A program made the translations under genes and the position numbers. Shown here piece by piece: positions 20,361-30,590 of a DNA stretch of 64,000 nt. The DNA comes from Candidatus Zhuqueibacterota bacterium (GTDB lineage: Bacteria > Zhuqueibacterota > Zhuqueibacteria > Thermofontimicrobiales > Thiofontviventaceae), in assembly GCA_016926625.1 (NCBI GenBank), contig JAFGOE010000013.1, positions 1,308 to 65,307 of the forward strand. Reading direction: 5' to 3'. The notes beneath the pieces were generated by a model, which saw nothing but the letters and a program-made list of their open reading frames with translations, did not search any database and was not told the DNA's origin. Position 1 is the first letter of the stretch, and each line of letters opens with the position of its first letter.

Positions 20361-21242
20361 ATGACGAATCCGTACAAGCGACACGATATTTTCAAATGCA
20401 AGCATGAGAGTCATGCGCGATTTGACTATAAGGTCTCAGCTTATCACGTGTTGCGGGTGAAAAATTGTTATCCTGAAGGTTGTTTGTTCTTCAAATGGAA
20501 GTGCGAGCTGTTGAACAAAGGGAAAAGTTGTCCCCGAAAATTTTCACATGTGGGTAAAAAATGTTTTGGATGCAAGCATTTTTATGATGAAAAGATCAAT
20601 TTTCATCCGCAATTACAGGTATCGGACGAGGAGTTTCATGATTTCTTGGAAGAACTCGATGAGTTCGAGGACTGGTTGGACAGTATTCGCGGCCGGCATG
20701 TCGATTGTTGGGCGACGATTCGTGCCGTTAAACCGCGATTCAGAAAAATTTACACCAGCAAAGAATCCTCAATTTCGCTCGATGGGTACATTTTAAGTTT
20801 CAGTGACGCGTATATCGGTACGACCCATTGGGAAGATTTATGTTACGCGCTGATTTACGCTGATCAGCAGGAACGATTTCGCTTCAGTGCAGGGGATGAG
20901 ATCGAATTCTTTTGCAGAGTCGGCCTTGCGGATGGTCGGTTAGTTTTTAATCGATTAAGATCAGTTGAATTTTTACATAAATCCCATGAAGAGACATGGA
21001 CGAACAGCAAATCGCTGGTAGCGAGAGGGACGGCGACGTTATTTAAGGAGCAGCCTGCAAAATGTCTTCATTGCAGGAGCGGTGTGTTGGTCGATGTTCT
21101 GGATAAATCGGCGCCACATTGGGTAAGGCGGCGTGAATTATACTGCCTGGAATCGATGGCGTCCCCTGATCTATGTTATAAAGTGGAAATCGGGCAGGAC
21201 GATTGGGTGCTGGACAGTGATTGTCAGTTGAGTAGCAGGTAA
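20361..21242 (+). CDS. Cys-rich hypothetical protein (about 21 Cys in 293 aa, several C-x2-C / C-x-C pairs)
   Basis: This is a long ORF with coding-like composition. No recognised family was identified. It sits between hemW and proS. Confidence 0.4.
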   Translation: MTNPYKRHDIFKCKHESHARFDYKVSAYHVLRVKNCYPEGCLFFKWKCELLNKGKSCPRKFSHVGKKCFGCKHFYDEKINFHPQLQVSDEEFHDFLEELDEFEDWLDSIRGRHVDCWATIRAVKPRFRKIYTSKESSISLDGYILSFSDAYIGTTHWEDLCYALIYADQQERFRFSAGDEIEFFCRVGLADGRLVFNRLRSVEFLHKSHEETWTNSKSLVARGTATLFKEQPAKCLHCRSGVLVDVLDKSAPHWVRRRELYCLESMASPDLCYKVEIGQDDWVLDSDCQLSSR

Positions 21243-21329
21243 TTAATCGAAAGGGTAAACGGTTTGCGTTAGAAATGTATCTGATGCGCAGGGATACAAC
21301 AATACAAATTAGGAGGCACAGAATAGAGT

Positions 21330-22766
21330 ATGGCCAAAGGAATAGCTAAACGTTCAGAAGATTACTCACGTTGGTACACCGATGTTATTGCAGCAGCAAA
21401 GTTAGCTGATTATTCTCCGATAAAAGGATGTATGGTCATCCGTCCAAACGGTTACGCTCTCTGGGAGAGAATGCAAGCGGCGCTCGACAAGATGTTCAAG
21501 GAAACGGGACATGTGAACGCGTATTTCCCTTTGTTCATTCCCGAGAGTTTCATGAAGAAGGAGGCAGAGCATGTAGAAGGTTTTGCTCCGGAATGTGCGG
21601 TGGTGACGCATGGTGGAGGTAAGAAGTTAGAGGAACCGTTGATCATCCGTCCGACATCGGAAACCATAATCTGGTCGATGTATAAAAAATGGATACAGTC
21701 GTACCGCGATCTGCCCATTTTGATCAATCAATGGGCGAATGTGGTTCGCTGGGAGATGCGAACCCGATTATTTTTACGTACGACCGAATTCTTATGGCAA
21801 GAGGGACACACGGCGCATGCTACGGCTGAAGAGGCTGAGCAGGAGACGTTGAAATTGCTGGATGTTTACACCAGGTTTGCTAAAGATTACATGGCTATCC
21901 CTGTGATTCGCGGTGTTAAAACCGAACGGGAGAAATTTGCGGGTGCACTTCGGACCTATTGTATCGAGGCGATGATGCAGGACAAAAAGGCATTACAGGC
22001 AGGCACTTCGCATAATTTGGGACAAAATTTTGCCAAAGCCTTTGATGTCACGTTTCAGGATGAAAGAGGAAATCTGGATTTCGTTTACGCGACGAGTTGG
22101 GGAGTATCGACACGATTGATCGGGGCGATTATCATGTCGCACGGTGATGATGAGGGGGTTATCATGCCTCCTAAACTCGCTCCGATTCAAGTGGTGATCG
22201 TACCGATATGGAAAAGCGAAACGGAGAAAAATTTGATTTTGCAGAGAGTGGAGCAATTGAGCATTGAATGGAATGGACGATTTTCATTTCATGTCGATGA
22301 ACGCGAGGGATATCGACCGGGATGGAAGTACAACGAGTGGGAACAGTATGGTGTGCCGATACGAATAGAAATTGGTCCCAAGGATCTGGAGCAAAATCAT
22401 GTCATTTTAGTCAGACGGGATACGCAAGAAAAACAATCCGTTGAAATCGGCATATTGACTACCACGCTGGAAAAGACTCTGGATGCGATACAAATGAACC
22501 TGTACAAGCGCTCCCTTAAGTTCAGGGAGGAAAATTCATTCTATGTGGACGATTATTCAGAATTTAAAAAGCAGATCGAGGATCCCTCGGGATTCTTTTG
22601 GCTCCACTGGTGTGGCAGTCCCGAATGCGAGAATAGGTTGCAGGAGGAAACCAAAGCCACTATCCGCTGCATACCGATCGATGATAACGTTTGCAAGGAA
22701 AAGGGCCGATGTGTGATCTGCGGTGGTGAGTCCAACGAACGGGTCATCGTTGCCAAAGCCTATTAA
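21330..22766 (+). CDS. proS: Prolyl-tRNA synthetase, archaeal/eukaryotic-type (no editing insertion, C-terminal Zn-binding domain)
   Basis: Class II aaRS motifs are present. The C-terminal region [20 protein letters not shown]...Y-end is typical of the ProRS_C_1 domain. Confidence 0.9.
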   Translation: MAKGIAKRSEDYSRWYTDVIAAAKLADYSPIKGCMVIRPNGYALWERMQAALDKMFKETGHVNAYFPLFIPESFMKKEAEHVEGFAPECAVVTHGGGKKLEEPLIIRPTSETIIWSMYKKWIQSYRDLPILINQWANVVRWEMRTRLFLRTTEFLWQEGHTAHATAEEAEQETLKLLDVYTRFAKDYMAIPVIRGVKTEREKFAGALRTYCIEAMMQDKKALQAGTSHNLGQNFAKAFDVTFQDERGNLDFVYATSWGVSTRLIGAIIMSHGDDEGVIMPPKLAPIQVVIVPIWKSETEKNLILQRVEQLSIEWNGRFSFHVDEREGYRPGWKYNEWEQYGVPIRIEIGPKDLEQNHVILVRRDTQEKQSVEIGILTTTLEKTLDAIQMNLYKRSLKFREENSFYVDDYSEFKKQIEDPSGFFWLHWCGSPECENRLQEETKATIRCIPIDDNVCKEKGRCVICGGESNERVIVAKAY

Positions 22767-22916
22767 ATTTTGACGACATGAGCCGCTGCTGAAAATTTTA
22801 TTTTGATCGTAAAAGACATAATGGATGGTCATTGCCTGTTGAGTTAAGCCAATTCCGGTATAGATGCTCGTTGGGATCAGACCATGGAAAACAAGAGGAA
22901 TTGAGGTAATTTCAGG

Positions 22917-25796
22917 ATGAAGAGAATCTATTTATTAGGTGTATTGATGTTTCTACCGCTGCTGATTATGGCGCAATCGAACAGTGAATTTCGTGCTACC
23001 TGGGTCATATCCTGGGATCTGGTGAACAGATATCAGAGTGTTGAAGAGAATAAGGAATTATGTCGGAAGATCTTGGATAATCATAAAAAGGCGAATATGA
23101 ACGCCGTCCTGTGGCAGGTGCGACAGAGTGGCACTGCCTATTACAAATCGTCTTTTGAACCATGGGGTTACTATGCTGGTGGCACCAATCCAGGTTACGA
23201 TATTTTTGACTATGCGGTGACCGAAGCGCATAAGCGCAATTTAGAGATACATGCCTGGTTCAATGTGTTCCATTGTTCGAGTATCGTATACGGAGCGCCA
23301 GCCGCTGTTCATCCGGAATGGGTTTGTACGAATCAAAATGGGGAATTCATGACGAACAACAGGTGTCTGTCCCCGGGGATTCCTGAAGTGAGAGATTATT
23401 TAATACGAGTCGCCATGGAAATCGTGCGAAAGTACGATATCGACGGCCTGCATATGGATTTCGTTCGGTGGAATGAATATACCGAGGATGACATGCGTAC
23501 TGCACTTCCCAAAGAGGCAGAACTGCAGGTGTTAGATGGTCACATCACTCAGGAGCAGATCGATCGTCTGAATGATACCGGGACGTTGCGCTATATTTAC
23601 GACGTACAGCATCCGTACAACGGGGGAGTCCCGTCGGGATTCTCTTCGTGGGATGATTGGCGTCGCTGGACCGTCACCGAGTTCGTTAAGGTACTTCATG
23701 ATTCGATACAATCGGTGAAACCATGGGTTAAATTATCGGCAGCGGTCCTGGGAAAATATAATTGGGACGGTTGGCAGGGATATGGGACGGTTTATCAGGA
23801 TGCGGCATTGTGGTTCAATGAAGGCTATGTGGATCATTTGATGCCCATGCATTACCACTGGACGAGTCCCATGGAATTTTATTCGATGCTGGCCGGTCCC
23901 AACGGTGATAATAATTATAATAATTGCTGGGGTAAGTATATACAAAAGGGTATTCAGCAGGGACGGCTCTATTCGGTGGGACCAGGATCGTACATTCTGA
24001 GTGACCGGGGTGTTTGGGGCAATCATGAGTCAATTGTCAAGAAGGTTAGAGAAATAGACTGGGTGGATGGTTTTCAATTTTTCAGTTATGCAACCTGGCT
24101 GACTCGCAATTATTGGGATGAGGCGAGGAACAAGTTTTTCCCGACGATAACAAAAATAGGGAATACTGTATCCGCCGATTCAACGGCACCAGATCCTCCG
24201 GACATTACGATAACGCGACTCGATACCATGGTCTACCGTATCAGCGTAACTGAGGCGGCTACGGGTGATGATCCTGCATGGTTTGTCATTTACCGCGGCA
24301 GAGATAGTACGCTTACAAAGGATAAGTCATCCATCATTCTGATAAAGTTTAGTGACGAAGGTTTTCACTATAATGATTACATCGAGGAACGAAGAGGCGG
24401 ATATTTTTACTATGGAGTTTCTGCGGCAGATCGTTTCTGGAATGAATCTGAGATATCCAATATTGTCAGGACTGACGAATTACCGCATGAATCCGTGTTT
24501 CCTGAACCACCGATCATGCAGTATGTTAAGAAACTCGACAATGGGTACGAGGTAAAATGGAAACATTCCGGAGTGAACGATTGCATGGGTTATCGATTGT
24601 ACGGGAAAGCGGTTGATACGGATTGGTATCTGTTGCTTAACGAAAGCACGTTGGACGCTGGTACCACACAGGCTGTTGTTAACACGGCGATCGAAGAAGT
24701 CCCCTGGTACTTCATGGTTCGTGCCGTGGGCCTTGGGCCTGCGGCTCATGAATCTGTTGATTCCGACGTTTACGGTACGTATCGTTCAGATACTCAGAAG
24801 GTGCTGATCGTCGACGCGTTCGATCGGATGACAGGGGAGTGGAAATCAGCCACTCATCCGTTTGCAAAGCGCGTGGCAGAATCTTTGTCGCGTTTGAACA
24901 TATCGTTCGATTGTGCGTCGGATGAGGCATTTGAGGATAAATACGTCTTGCCTGATGATTATAAGGCGGTCATCTGGCTCGCCGGTGATGCCGTAGGACA
25001 GGATGAAGCCGTTAGCTACAATAACATGTCCTATCTGGCGAACTATTTGAAACGAGGAGGAGGACTATTAATTTCTGGTAGTGAAATCGCCTATGATCTC
25101 GATTACAAGGGCAATTTTCAGGATAAAAAGTTCATTCACGAGTATCTGAAGACGACTTATCGATCAAACGGTAGCGCTGGAAATGGTTATCAGGTCGAAG
25201 GGGATGAAGGAGGGATTTTTCAAAATTTGACTTTCGAATATGACAATGGGGAGCATGGTTTCAGGGTATTGACGCCGGATATCATCGATACGACCGGAGG
25301 AAGCGTGCCGTGTCTGAATTATTTTGGCAGCCCTGATTTTGCCGGGACACAGTATCGTGGTTCGATCGGAAACGGCACCGATGAAGCGCGAGTCATCACG
25401 TTGGGTTTTCCATGCGAAGCGATTTACGCGGTCGAGCAACTCGACCAATTTTTCGATCGCGTACTTGAATTTTTTACGATTACCGGGTCGATCGACATCG
25501 CAGAGCCGGCGCGAGTGGCGGATCGATTCACTATGTGTCGGAATTATCCCAATCCCTTCAACGCGGCGACGAACATTCAATTCTCGATCGATGAAGCAAT
25601 GGATTTGAGTGTCGATATCTACAATATCAGGGGACAGGTGGTTTACAGCCAGGCCTATTCGTATGATCAGGCAGGCTTAAAGACGATGAAATGGGATGGG
25701 GCAGATCAGTCCTCCGGTGTATATCATTACCGGATATACAGAACGGACGCAGGACAGCAGACGATCCATTTCGGTAAAATGCTCTATCTGAAATAG
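22917..25796 (+). CDS. Secreted multidomain protein: N-terminal glycoside-hydrolase-like family 10 (GHL10/DUF187) domain plus C-terminal T9SS sorting domain
   Basis: A signal peptide is present. The FRATWV..NAVLWQVR motif is typical of GHL10. The C-terminus NYPNPFNAATNIQFSI...IYNIRGQVV...GVYHYRI matches the Por_Secre_tail. Confidence 0.75.
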   Translation: MKRIYLLGVLMFLPLLIMAQSNSEFRATWVISWDLVNRYQSVEENKELCRKILDNHKKANMNAVLWQVRQSGTAYYKSSFEPWGYYAGGTNPGYDIFDYAVTEAHKRNLEIHAWFNVFHCSSIVYGAPAAVHPEWVCTNQNGEFMTNNRCLSPGIPEVRDYLIRVAMEIVRKYDIDGLHMDFVRWNEYTEDDMRTALPKEAELQVLDGHITQEQIDRLNDTGTLRYIYDVQHPYNGGVPSGFSSWDDWRRWTVTEFVKVLHDSIQSVKPWVKLSAAVLGKYNWDGWQGYGTVYQDAALWFNEGYVDHLMPMHYHWTSPMEFYSMLAGPNGDNNYNNCWGKYIQKGIQQGRLYSVGPGSYILSDRGVWGNHESIVKKVREIDWVDGFQFFSYATWLTRNYWDEARNKFFPTITKIGNTVSADSTAPDPPDITITRLDTMVYRISVTEAATGDDPAWFVIYRGRDSTLTKDKSSIILIKFSDEGFHYNDYIEERRGGYFYYGVSAADRFWNESEISNIVRTDELPHESVFPEPPIMQYVKKLDNGYEVKWKHSGVNDCMGYRLYGKAVDTDWYLLLNESTLDAGTTQAVVNTAIEEVPWYFMVRAVGLGPAAHESVDSDVYGTYRSDTQKVLIVDAFDRMTGEWKSATHPFAKRVAESLSRLNISFDCASDEAFEDKYVLPDDYKAVIWLAGDAVGQDEAVSYNNMSYLANYLKRGGGLLISGSEIAYDLDYKGNFQDKKFIHEYLKTTYRSNGSAGNGYQVEGDEGGIFQNLTFEYDNGEHGFRVLTPDIIDTTGGSVPCLNYFGSPDFAGTQYRGSIGNGTDEARVITLGFPCEAIYAVEQLDQFFDRVLEFFTITGSIDIAEPARVADRFTMCRNYPNPFNAATNIQFSIDEAMDLSVDIYNIRGQVVYSQAYSYDQAGLKTMKWDGADQSSGVYHYRIYRTDAGQQTIHFGKMLYLK

Positions 25797-26107
25797 GGAC
25801 ATGTGCCCGGGCAATCACAAGGATATAAGTAATAATTTCAGATAATTCCATTTATCTGAGAACATTATCGTGTGGCAGAGGACAAATGGAATCTAAAATA
25901 CAGAGTTTTGCACACTATATGGTAAATTTCCTGCATCGGATCGAGACGGCGTCAGGAGGAATAGGGAGCAGCTACTTGCGGCGTGGTATTCGGCGTGCCC
26001 AGCACTTTCAGGAGTATAAAGAGGCGACATGATCTGATGCGAACAAATGGGTAATCTAATCTTCGCAACAGTATGCTGTAAATCAGAAGTTTAAAAAGGA
26101 GATTGAT

Positions 26108-27466
26108 GTGGAACAGGTACTTCTCGATTTTTTCAAGGTTGCCAGCGATTACGTGTGGGGTATCCCCATGCTTGTTCTGCTGGTAGGCACCGGGATATAC
26201 TTAACGATTCGGTTAAAAGGATTGCAATTTAGAGGATTGCTCTACTCTTTATATTTAGCGTTGATTAAGAGAAAAGAGGATGATGCGGCAGAGGGTGATA
26301 TTTCGCATTTTCAGGCGTTGATGACTGCGCTGTCGGCGACGGTGGGAACCGGGAACATCGCAGGTGTAGCAACGGCTATCGCAGCGGGCGGGCCTGGCGC
26401 CCTGTTCTGGATGTGGATTACCGGATTGTTTGGAATGGCCACGAAATACGCCGAAGCCGTTTTAGCCGTGAAATACAGGGAGGTAGATGCATACGGGACG
26501 ATGAGCGGTGGTCCGATGTATTATCTGTCAAAGGGGTTGGGATGGAAATGGTTAGGCGTGTTGTTCGCCATCTTCGCCTCGATCGCGGCTTTTGGTATCG
26601 GGAATATGGTACAATCGAATTCGGTGGCCGATGCTGTTCAGACCTCCTTTCATGTAGAACCCTGGATAACCGGGCTCATTCTCGCTGTTGCAACGGCCTC
26701 GGTCATTATCGGAGGAATCAAGAGCATCGGCAGAGTGACTTCCATTCTTGTGCCCATCATGATCATTTTTTACATCGGGGCTGCCCTTATCGTAGTGATC
26801 ATCCACTACCGAGCGATACCAGAGACATTCAGGCTGGTCTTTCTTCAGGCGTTTACTCCGACTGCCGCGATCGGAGGATTCGCCGGGTCGCTTATTCGTG
26901 ATACGGTGAGATGGGGTGTTGCCAGGGGAGTTTTCTCGAATGAATCAGGCTTAGGCAGTGCTCCGATCGCTGCCGCCGCCGCGCAGACAAGTAATCCGGT
27001 ATCACAGGCATTGGTTTCAATGACACAGACGTTTATCGATACCATTGTGGTTTGTTCTTTTACTGGATTTGTGATCATTGCGACCGGGTTGTGGACGAGC
27101 GGAGAGACCGGAGCTACACTTACCACGCTTGCGTTCAGTAAGGGGTTACCAGGTAATAGCGGGGGGATCATCGTCGCTCTCGGTTTAATTCTTTTCGCCT
27201 ATTCCACGATGCTCGGTTGGAGCTATTACGGTGAGAAAGCGATCGAATTTCTATTCGGCCCCCGACTCATTAAACCGTATCGAATCCTTTTTTGTCTGCT
27301 GATATTTGTCGGTGCCGGAATAAAGTTGGAACTGGTGTGGGCGATTGCCGATGTCTTCAATGGTCTGATGGCGATACCGAACCTGATCGGTTTATTGGCA
27401 TTGTCCGGGATTATTGTATCTGAGACGAACAAATATTTTTACAATGCTCAAAGAATGAAGAGATAA
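26108..27466 (+). CDS. Alanine/glycine:cation symporter (AGCS family)
   Basis: The start codon is GTG, with an AAGGAG RBS. The motif [28 protein letters not shown] is the AGCS signature. Confidence 0.85.
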   Translation: MEQVLLDFFKVASDYVWGIPMLVLLVGTGIYLTIRLKGLQFRGLLYSLYLALIKRKEDDAAEGDISHFQALMTALSATVGTGNIAGVATAIAAGGPGALFWMWITGLFGMATKYAEAVLAVKYREVDAYGTMSGGPMYYLSKGLGWKWLGVLFAIFASIAAFGIGNMVQSNSVADAVQTSFHVEPWITGLILAVATASVIIGGIKSIGRVTSILVPIMIIFYIGAALIVVIIHYRAIPETFRLVFLQAFTPTAAIGGFAGSLIRDTVRWGVARGVFSNESGLGSAPIAAAAAQTSNPVSQALVSMTQTFIDTIVVCSFTGFVIIATGLWTSGETGATLTTLAFSKGLPGNSGGIIVALGLILFAYSTMLGWSYYGEKAIEFLFGPRLIKPYRILFCLLIFVGAGIKLELVWAIADVFNGLMAIPNLIGLLALSGIIVSETNKYFYNAQRMKR

Positions 27467-27650
27467 TATTATTGACTCACGCTGCAGTTTTTTGTGCAGA
27501 TTAAACTGATCAATGTTTTTAATGTACAGTACGTTATTCGTATGCTGTCTTCGAATCGAAAGACTCCTGCGGGTATTCGGTTTATCGTTACTGATGATAT
27601 TAAGGACGACTCGCTCATCCTCAATCCATTTTATTGATGAGGTAAAACTT

Positions 27651-28289
27651 ATGAATGATGAACTGATAACGTTTTTTATTAAATATTATCGTAAGGGCAG
27701 AATTTGTCTGGTTGGTGCAAATGATGTCATCGGCATGCTGATTCGAAGCGGGCAAGCGGGTCTGACACCGGATAAGAAACCATCTCAATGGTCGCATTGC
27801 TTTATTATGGGGGATCGTCGCCAGGATGGTCGGGAAGATGGCAGTATTTATATATTTGAGAGCGATCTGCACGTGAGCACGAAGACGTGGGAGGTATTGA
27901 ACGGCGTTCAGGAGAGTCGACTTATAAAATGGTGCGGAGATAATGTGGAACATGCTTGTGTGCTTGGTATAAAACTATCAAAGAAAAAAACAAATGAAAT
28001 GATCAGGCAGGCGCTCTTTTGGTCCTACGATGACAATCATCTCCGCTATGCGGTCGGCGAACTCTTTGGTACCTTATGGGCAATTTTATGGGGTAAATTA
28101 AGGAAAAAGAACATCTTTGATGACAGATATGCGGTACAATGTGCCTCATTTGTCCGTATGTGTTATCAAAATATCGGCAAGGATATCTTGAATGGTCCGG
28201 TGGATTTAACTCATACATCACCTGAAGCCATCCATCAGAGTAAGGTATTTAATTTCAGAAAAGAATGGCATCGAGAAAAAAAGTCTTGA
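27651..28289 (+). CDS. Putative permuted papain-fold (YiiX/C92-like, NlpC/P60 superfamily) hydrolase
   Basis: A His segment (QWSHCFIMG) precedes a C-terminal Cys motif QCASFVRMCY. This order resembles the permuted His-then-Cys arrangement of YiiX/LRAT-like enzymes. The start was chosen at MNDELITFF; the ORF extends upstream to 27513. Confidence 0.4.
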   Translation: MNDELITFFIKYYRKGRICLVGANDVIGMLIRSGQAGLTPDKKPSQWSHCFIMGDRRQDGREDGSIYIFESDLHVSTKTWEVLNGVQESRLIKWCGDNVEHACVLGIKLSKKKTNEMIRQALFWSYDDNHLRYAVGELFGTLWAILWGKLRKKNIFDDRYAVQCASFVRMCYQNIGKDILNGPVDLTHTSPEAIHQSKVFNFRKEWHREKKS

Positions 28290-28483
28290 CTTATAATAAA
28301 AAAAGTGTTATTATGAAAAATTAAATTTGTCAATTTGATTATGTGACAATAAGGATAGATAACATGCGGAATAATAACTCTCAAAAATTACTGATTGTAG
28401 TACCTGCTGATTTTGCAGGAGGAGTGTATCTAAAACTCGGCAAAGGAATTCCGCATTGATCTGTTAATATATACAAAACTTAA

Positions 28484-28519
28484 AGACCGCAAGCGTAATT
28501 CCTTGCGGTCTTTTTTTTT
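28484..28519 (+). terminator. Rho-independent terminator after the YiiX-like gene
   Basis: A 10-bp GC-rich stem (AGACCGCAAG/CTTGCGGTCT) with an 8-nt loop is followed by T9. Confidence 0.55.
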
Positions 28520-28561
28520 GAACCAATAACGATCATCATTTGAGATAGAAAGGAAGATAGA

Positions 28562-29395
28562 ATGGAAGCCATTCAGATCACAGATGCAAAAAAATACTTT
28601 TACACCCGGAAGAAGCCGGGGGAACGACATGAACAGAACGTGTTGATGCGTTTGTTACGTCCGGCTAAAGAAATTGTACCAGCAGTCGACAACATCACAC
28701 TCAACGTTAAAAAAGGTGAAATCTTTGGCATCTTAGGTCCGAATGGCTCCGGCAAATCGACCCTGATACGAATGTTGTCGACCCTCATCATCCCGGACAG
28801 CGGATCGTTGAAAATATTTGGTATGGACATTTCCAAAGAATCGCTTAAGGTAAGGCGGTTTATAAATCGGGTTTCGGTTGATGCGGCTTTTTTCAAGAAG
28901 TTGTCCGCCTGGGAAAATCTGAGTTACGCTGCACGGCTCTACGGTGTGGACACAAAGACCGCCCGAAGTAGAGCAAAAGAAATATTAGCGAGTCTGCTGC
29001 TAGACGAAGAGAAGCTAGATGAGCCTCTGGAAAATCTGTCGCGCGGGATGCAGCAGAAGGTCGCTATAGCCCGGGCACTGTTAACATCTCCGGTGTTATT
29101 ACTGCTGGATGAACCAACCACGGGGCTTGATCCGGTCTCCAAACGGCAGGTTCAGCAGTATATTCTCAAAATGAGAGCGATTCACGATACAACGGTGTTA
29201 TTAACGTCGCATGATCTCGATGAGGTCGATCGTATCTGTGACCGACTCGCTATCATAAAAGACGGGAAATTCCTTGTCTGTGATACCCCTGAGAACCTGA
29301 AGAAGAATTATTCGAAGAACGGGAGACTGACATCATTGGAAGACATATTCATTTCACTGACCGGTCAGGATTTAACAGAAGATGGGACAGAATAA
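28562..29395 (+). CDS. ABC transporter ATP-binding protein (ABC-2 exporter type)
   Basis: The motifs are Walker A GPNGSGKST, signature LSRGMQQKVAIARAL and Walker B LLLDEPTTGLD. Confidence 0.85.
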   Translation: MEAIQITDAKKYFYTRKKPGERHEQNVLMRLLRPAKEIVPAVDNITLNVKKGEIFGILGPNGSGKSTLIRMLSTLIIPDSGSLKIFGMDISKESLKVRRFINRVSVDAAFFKKLSAWENLSYAARLYGVDTKTARSRAKEILASLLLDEEKLDEPLENLSRGMQQKVAIARALLTSPVLLLLDEPTTGLDPVSKRQVQQYILKMRAIHDTTVLLTSHDLDEVDRICDRLAIIKDGKFLVCDTPENLKKNYSKNGRLTSLEDIFISLTGQDLTEDGTE

Positions 29396-29430
29396 GACAG
29401 ATCCGTCATGGAGTCCAGACCATGAAATGA

Positions 29431-30246
29431 TTGAAAATAGGAGGTTTTAAATTGAATAGTGTAATAGCAGAGTTGCATGCTTCGATGGCTTTTGTGGTGC
29501 GTAATTTTTATCTTGTGAAGCGTCATGCTGCCTGGGAATCGGTATTTTTAATGTACAACGTTGTCAATGTTCTTACCATCGGCTACATCGGATATGGTGA
29601 TCCGCAAAAAATTTTGTACTTGATTGTCGGTGCACTGTTGTGGGGATTTTTATCCGTACTTTTCCACGATGTAGCTGAGGCCGTCGCTTGGGAGAGATGG
29701 GAGGGCACTATTGAATATACATTCATGGCCCCGATTCATCGGATAACCTATCTCCTGGGACACAGTATATTTGCAGTGATTTACGCGATTGTACGTTCGA
29801 CGATCATTTTAGCATTAGTCGCTCTGTTTTTTGAAATCGATTTTGCGCAGGCCAATTTTTTCAGTGCATTTGCTATCATCTTTTTTGCCAGTTTTTCATT
29901 TCTGGGTATGGGGTTGATAGCGGCAATACTTCCGTTACTATCACCTGAGCGAGGTGCCCAGGCGAGCCATATATTTCAGGCGATCATCTTATTAATTTCC
30001 GGTATCTATTATGATATTTCGGTGCTACCCAAATGGATACAGCCTGTGTCGCTGATTTCTCCGGGAACCTATACATTGCGTGCGATGAGGAGAGCGTTGC
30101 TGGAGAACGCTTCGGTCGTTGAACTGAGGGGCGATATCATAATTCTGGTCATTATCGGTTTTATTTTGATCCCGACCGGTATGTGGGTATTTAGCAGAGC
30201 GGAACATCACGCCAAAGTCACCGGTAAACTAAAGCGAAACGGATGA
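29431..30246 (+). CDS. ABC-2 family transporter permease
   Basis: There are six TM helices. The gene is immediately downstream of the ABC ATPase. An alternative start lies at 29455. Confidence 0.7.
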   Translation: MKIGGFKLNSVIAELHASMAFVVRNFYLVKRHAAWESVFLMYNVVNVLTIGYIGYGDPQKILYLIVGALLWGFLSVLFHDVAEAVAWERWEGTIEYTFMAPIHRITYLLGHSIFAVIYAIVRSTIILALVALFFEIDFAQANFFSAFAIIFFASFSFLGMGLIAAILPLLSPERGAQASHIFQAIILLISGIYYDISVLPKWIQPVSLISPGTYTLRAMRRALLENASVVELRGDIIILVIIGFILIPTGMWVFSRAEHHAKVTGKLKRNG

Positions 30247-30322
30247 TCTCAATATATCGATCGTCCTTCATTTAACAATAAGTGAAGGACGATCGTATGA
30301 TGGTATATTTAAGACGGGGTGA

Positions 30323-30532
30323 TTATTTTTTCAAGACGTTACTTTTGATCCAGCTCCAGTTAAGGTAGATATGGATGAGTGCGGTCAGGAAGAACAGAAA
30401 ACCTCCAATGGGATGCAGCTTTTCATAGAGTGCAGGCGACATCAGTTCATGTAAAAATGCCGTAATTATCACCCACAAGAAGAATAGGAACAACATAACA
30501 TTTACAATCGATAATGCCTTCTGTTTTTTCAT
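30323..30532 (-). CDS. Small two-TM membrane protein (hypothetical)
   Basis: The 69-aa product has two hydrophobic helices. Confidence 0.35.
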   Translation of the reverse strand: MKKQKALSIVNVMLFLFFLWVIITAFLHELMSPALYEKLHPIGGFLFFLTALIHIYLNWSWIKSNVLKK

Positions 30533-30590
30533 AATTTCCTCACCGTTTAATAGTTCAAAATAAAATTAATTTAAGAAGAATGACCGGGTG

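Noticed and set aside
25797-26107. Possible glycine riboswitch in the 310-bp leader upstream of the alanine/glycine:cation symporter gene
   Set aside because: The hallmark conserved segments GCCGAAGGAGCAA and CUCUGGAGAG / CAGGCAAAAG of the glycine aptamer are not present, so a riboswitch call is unsupported. The region may still contain a promoter.
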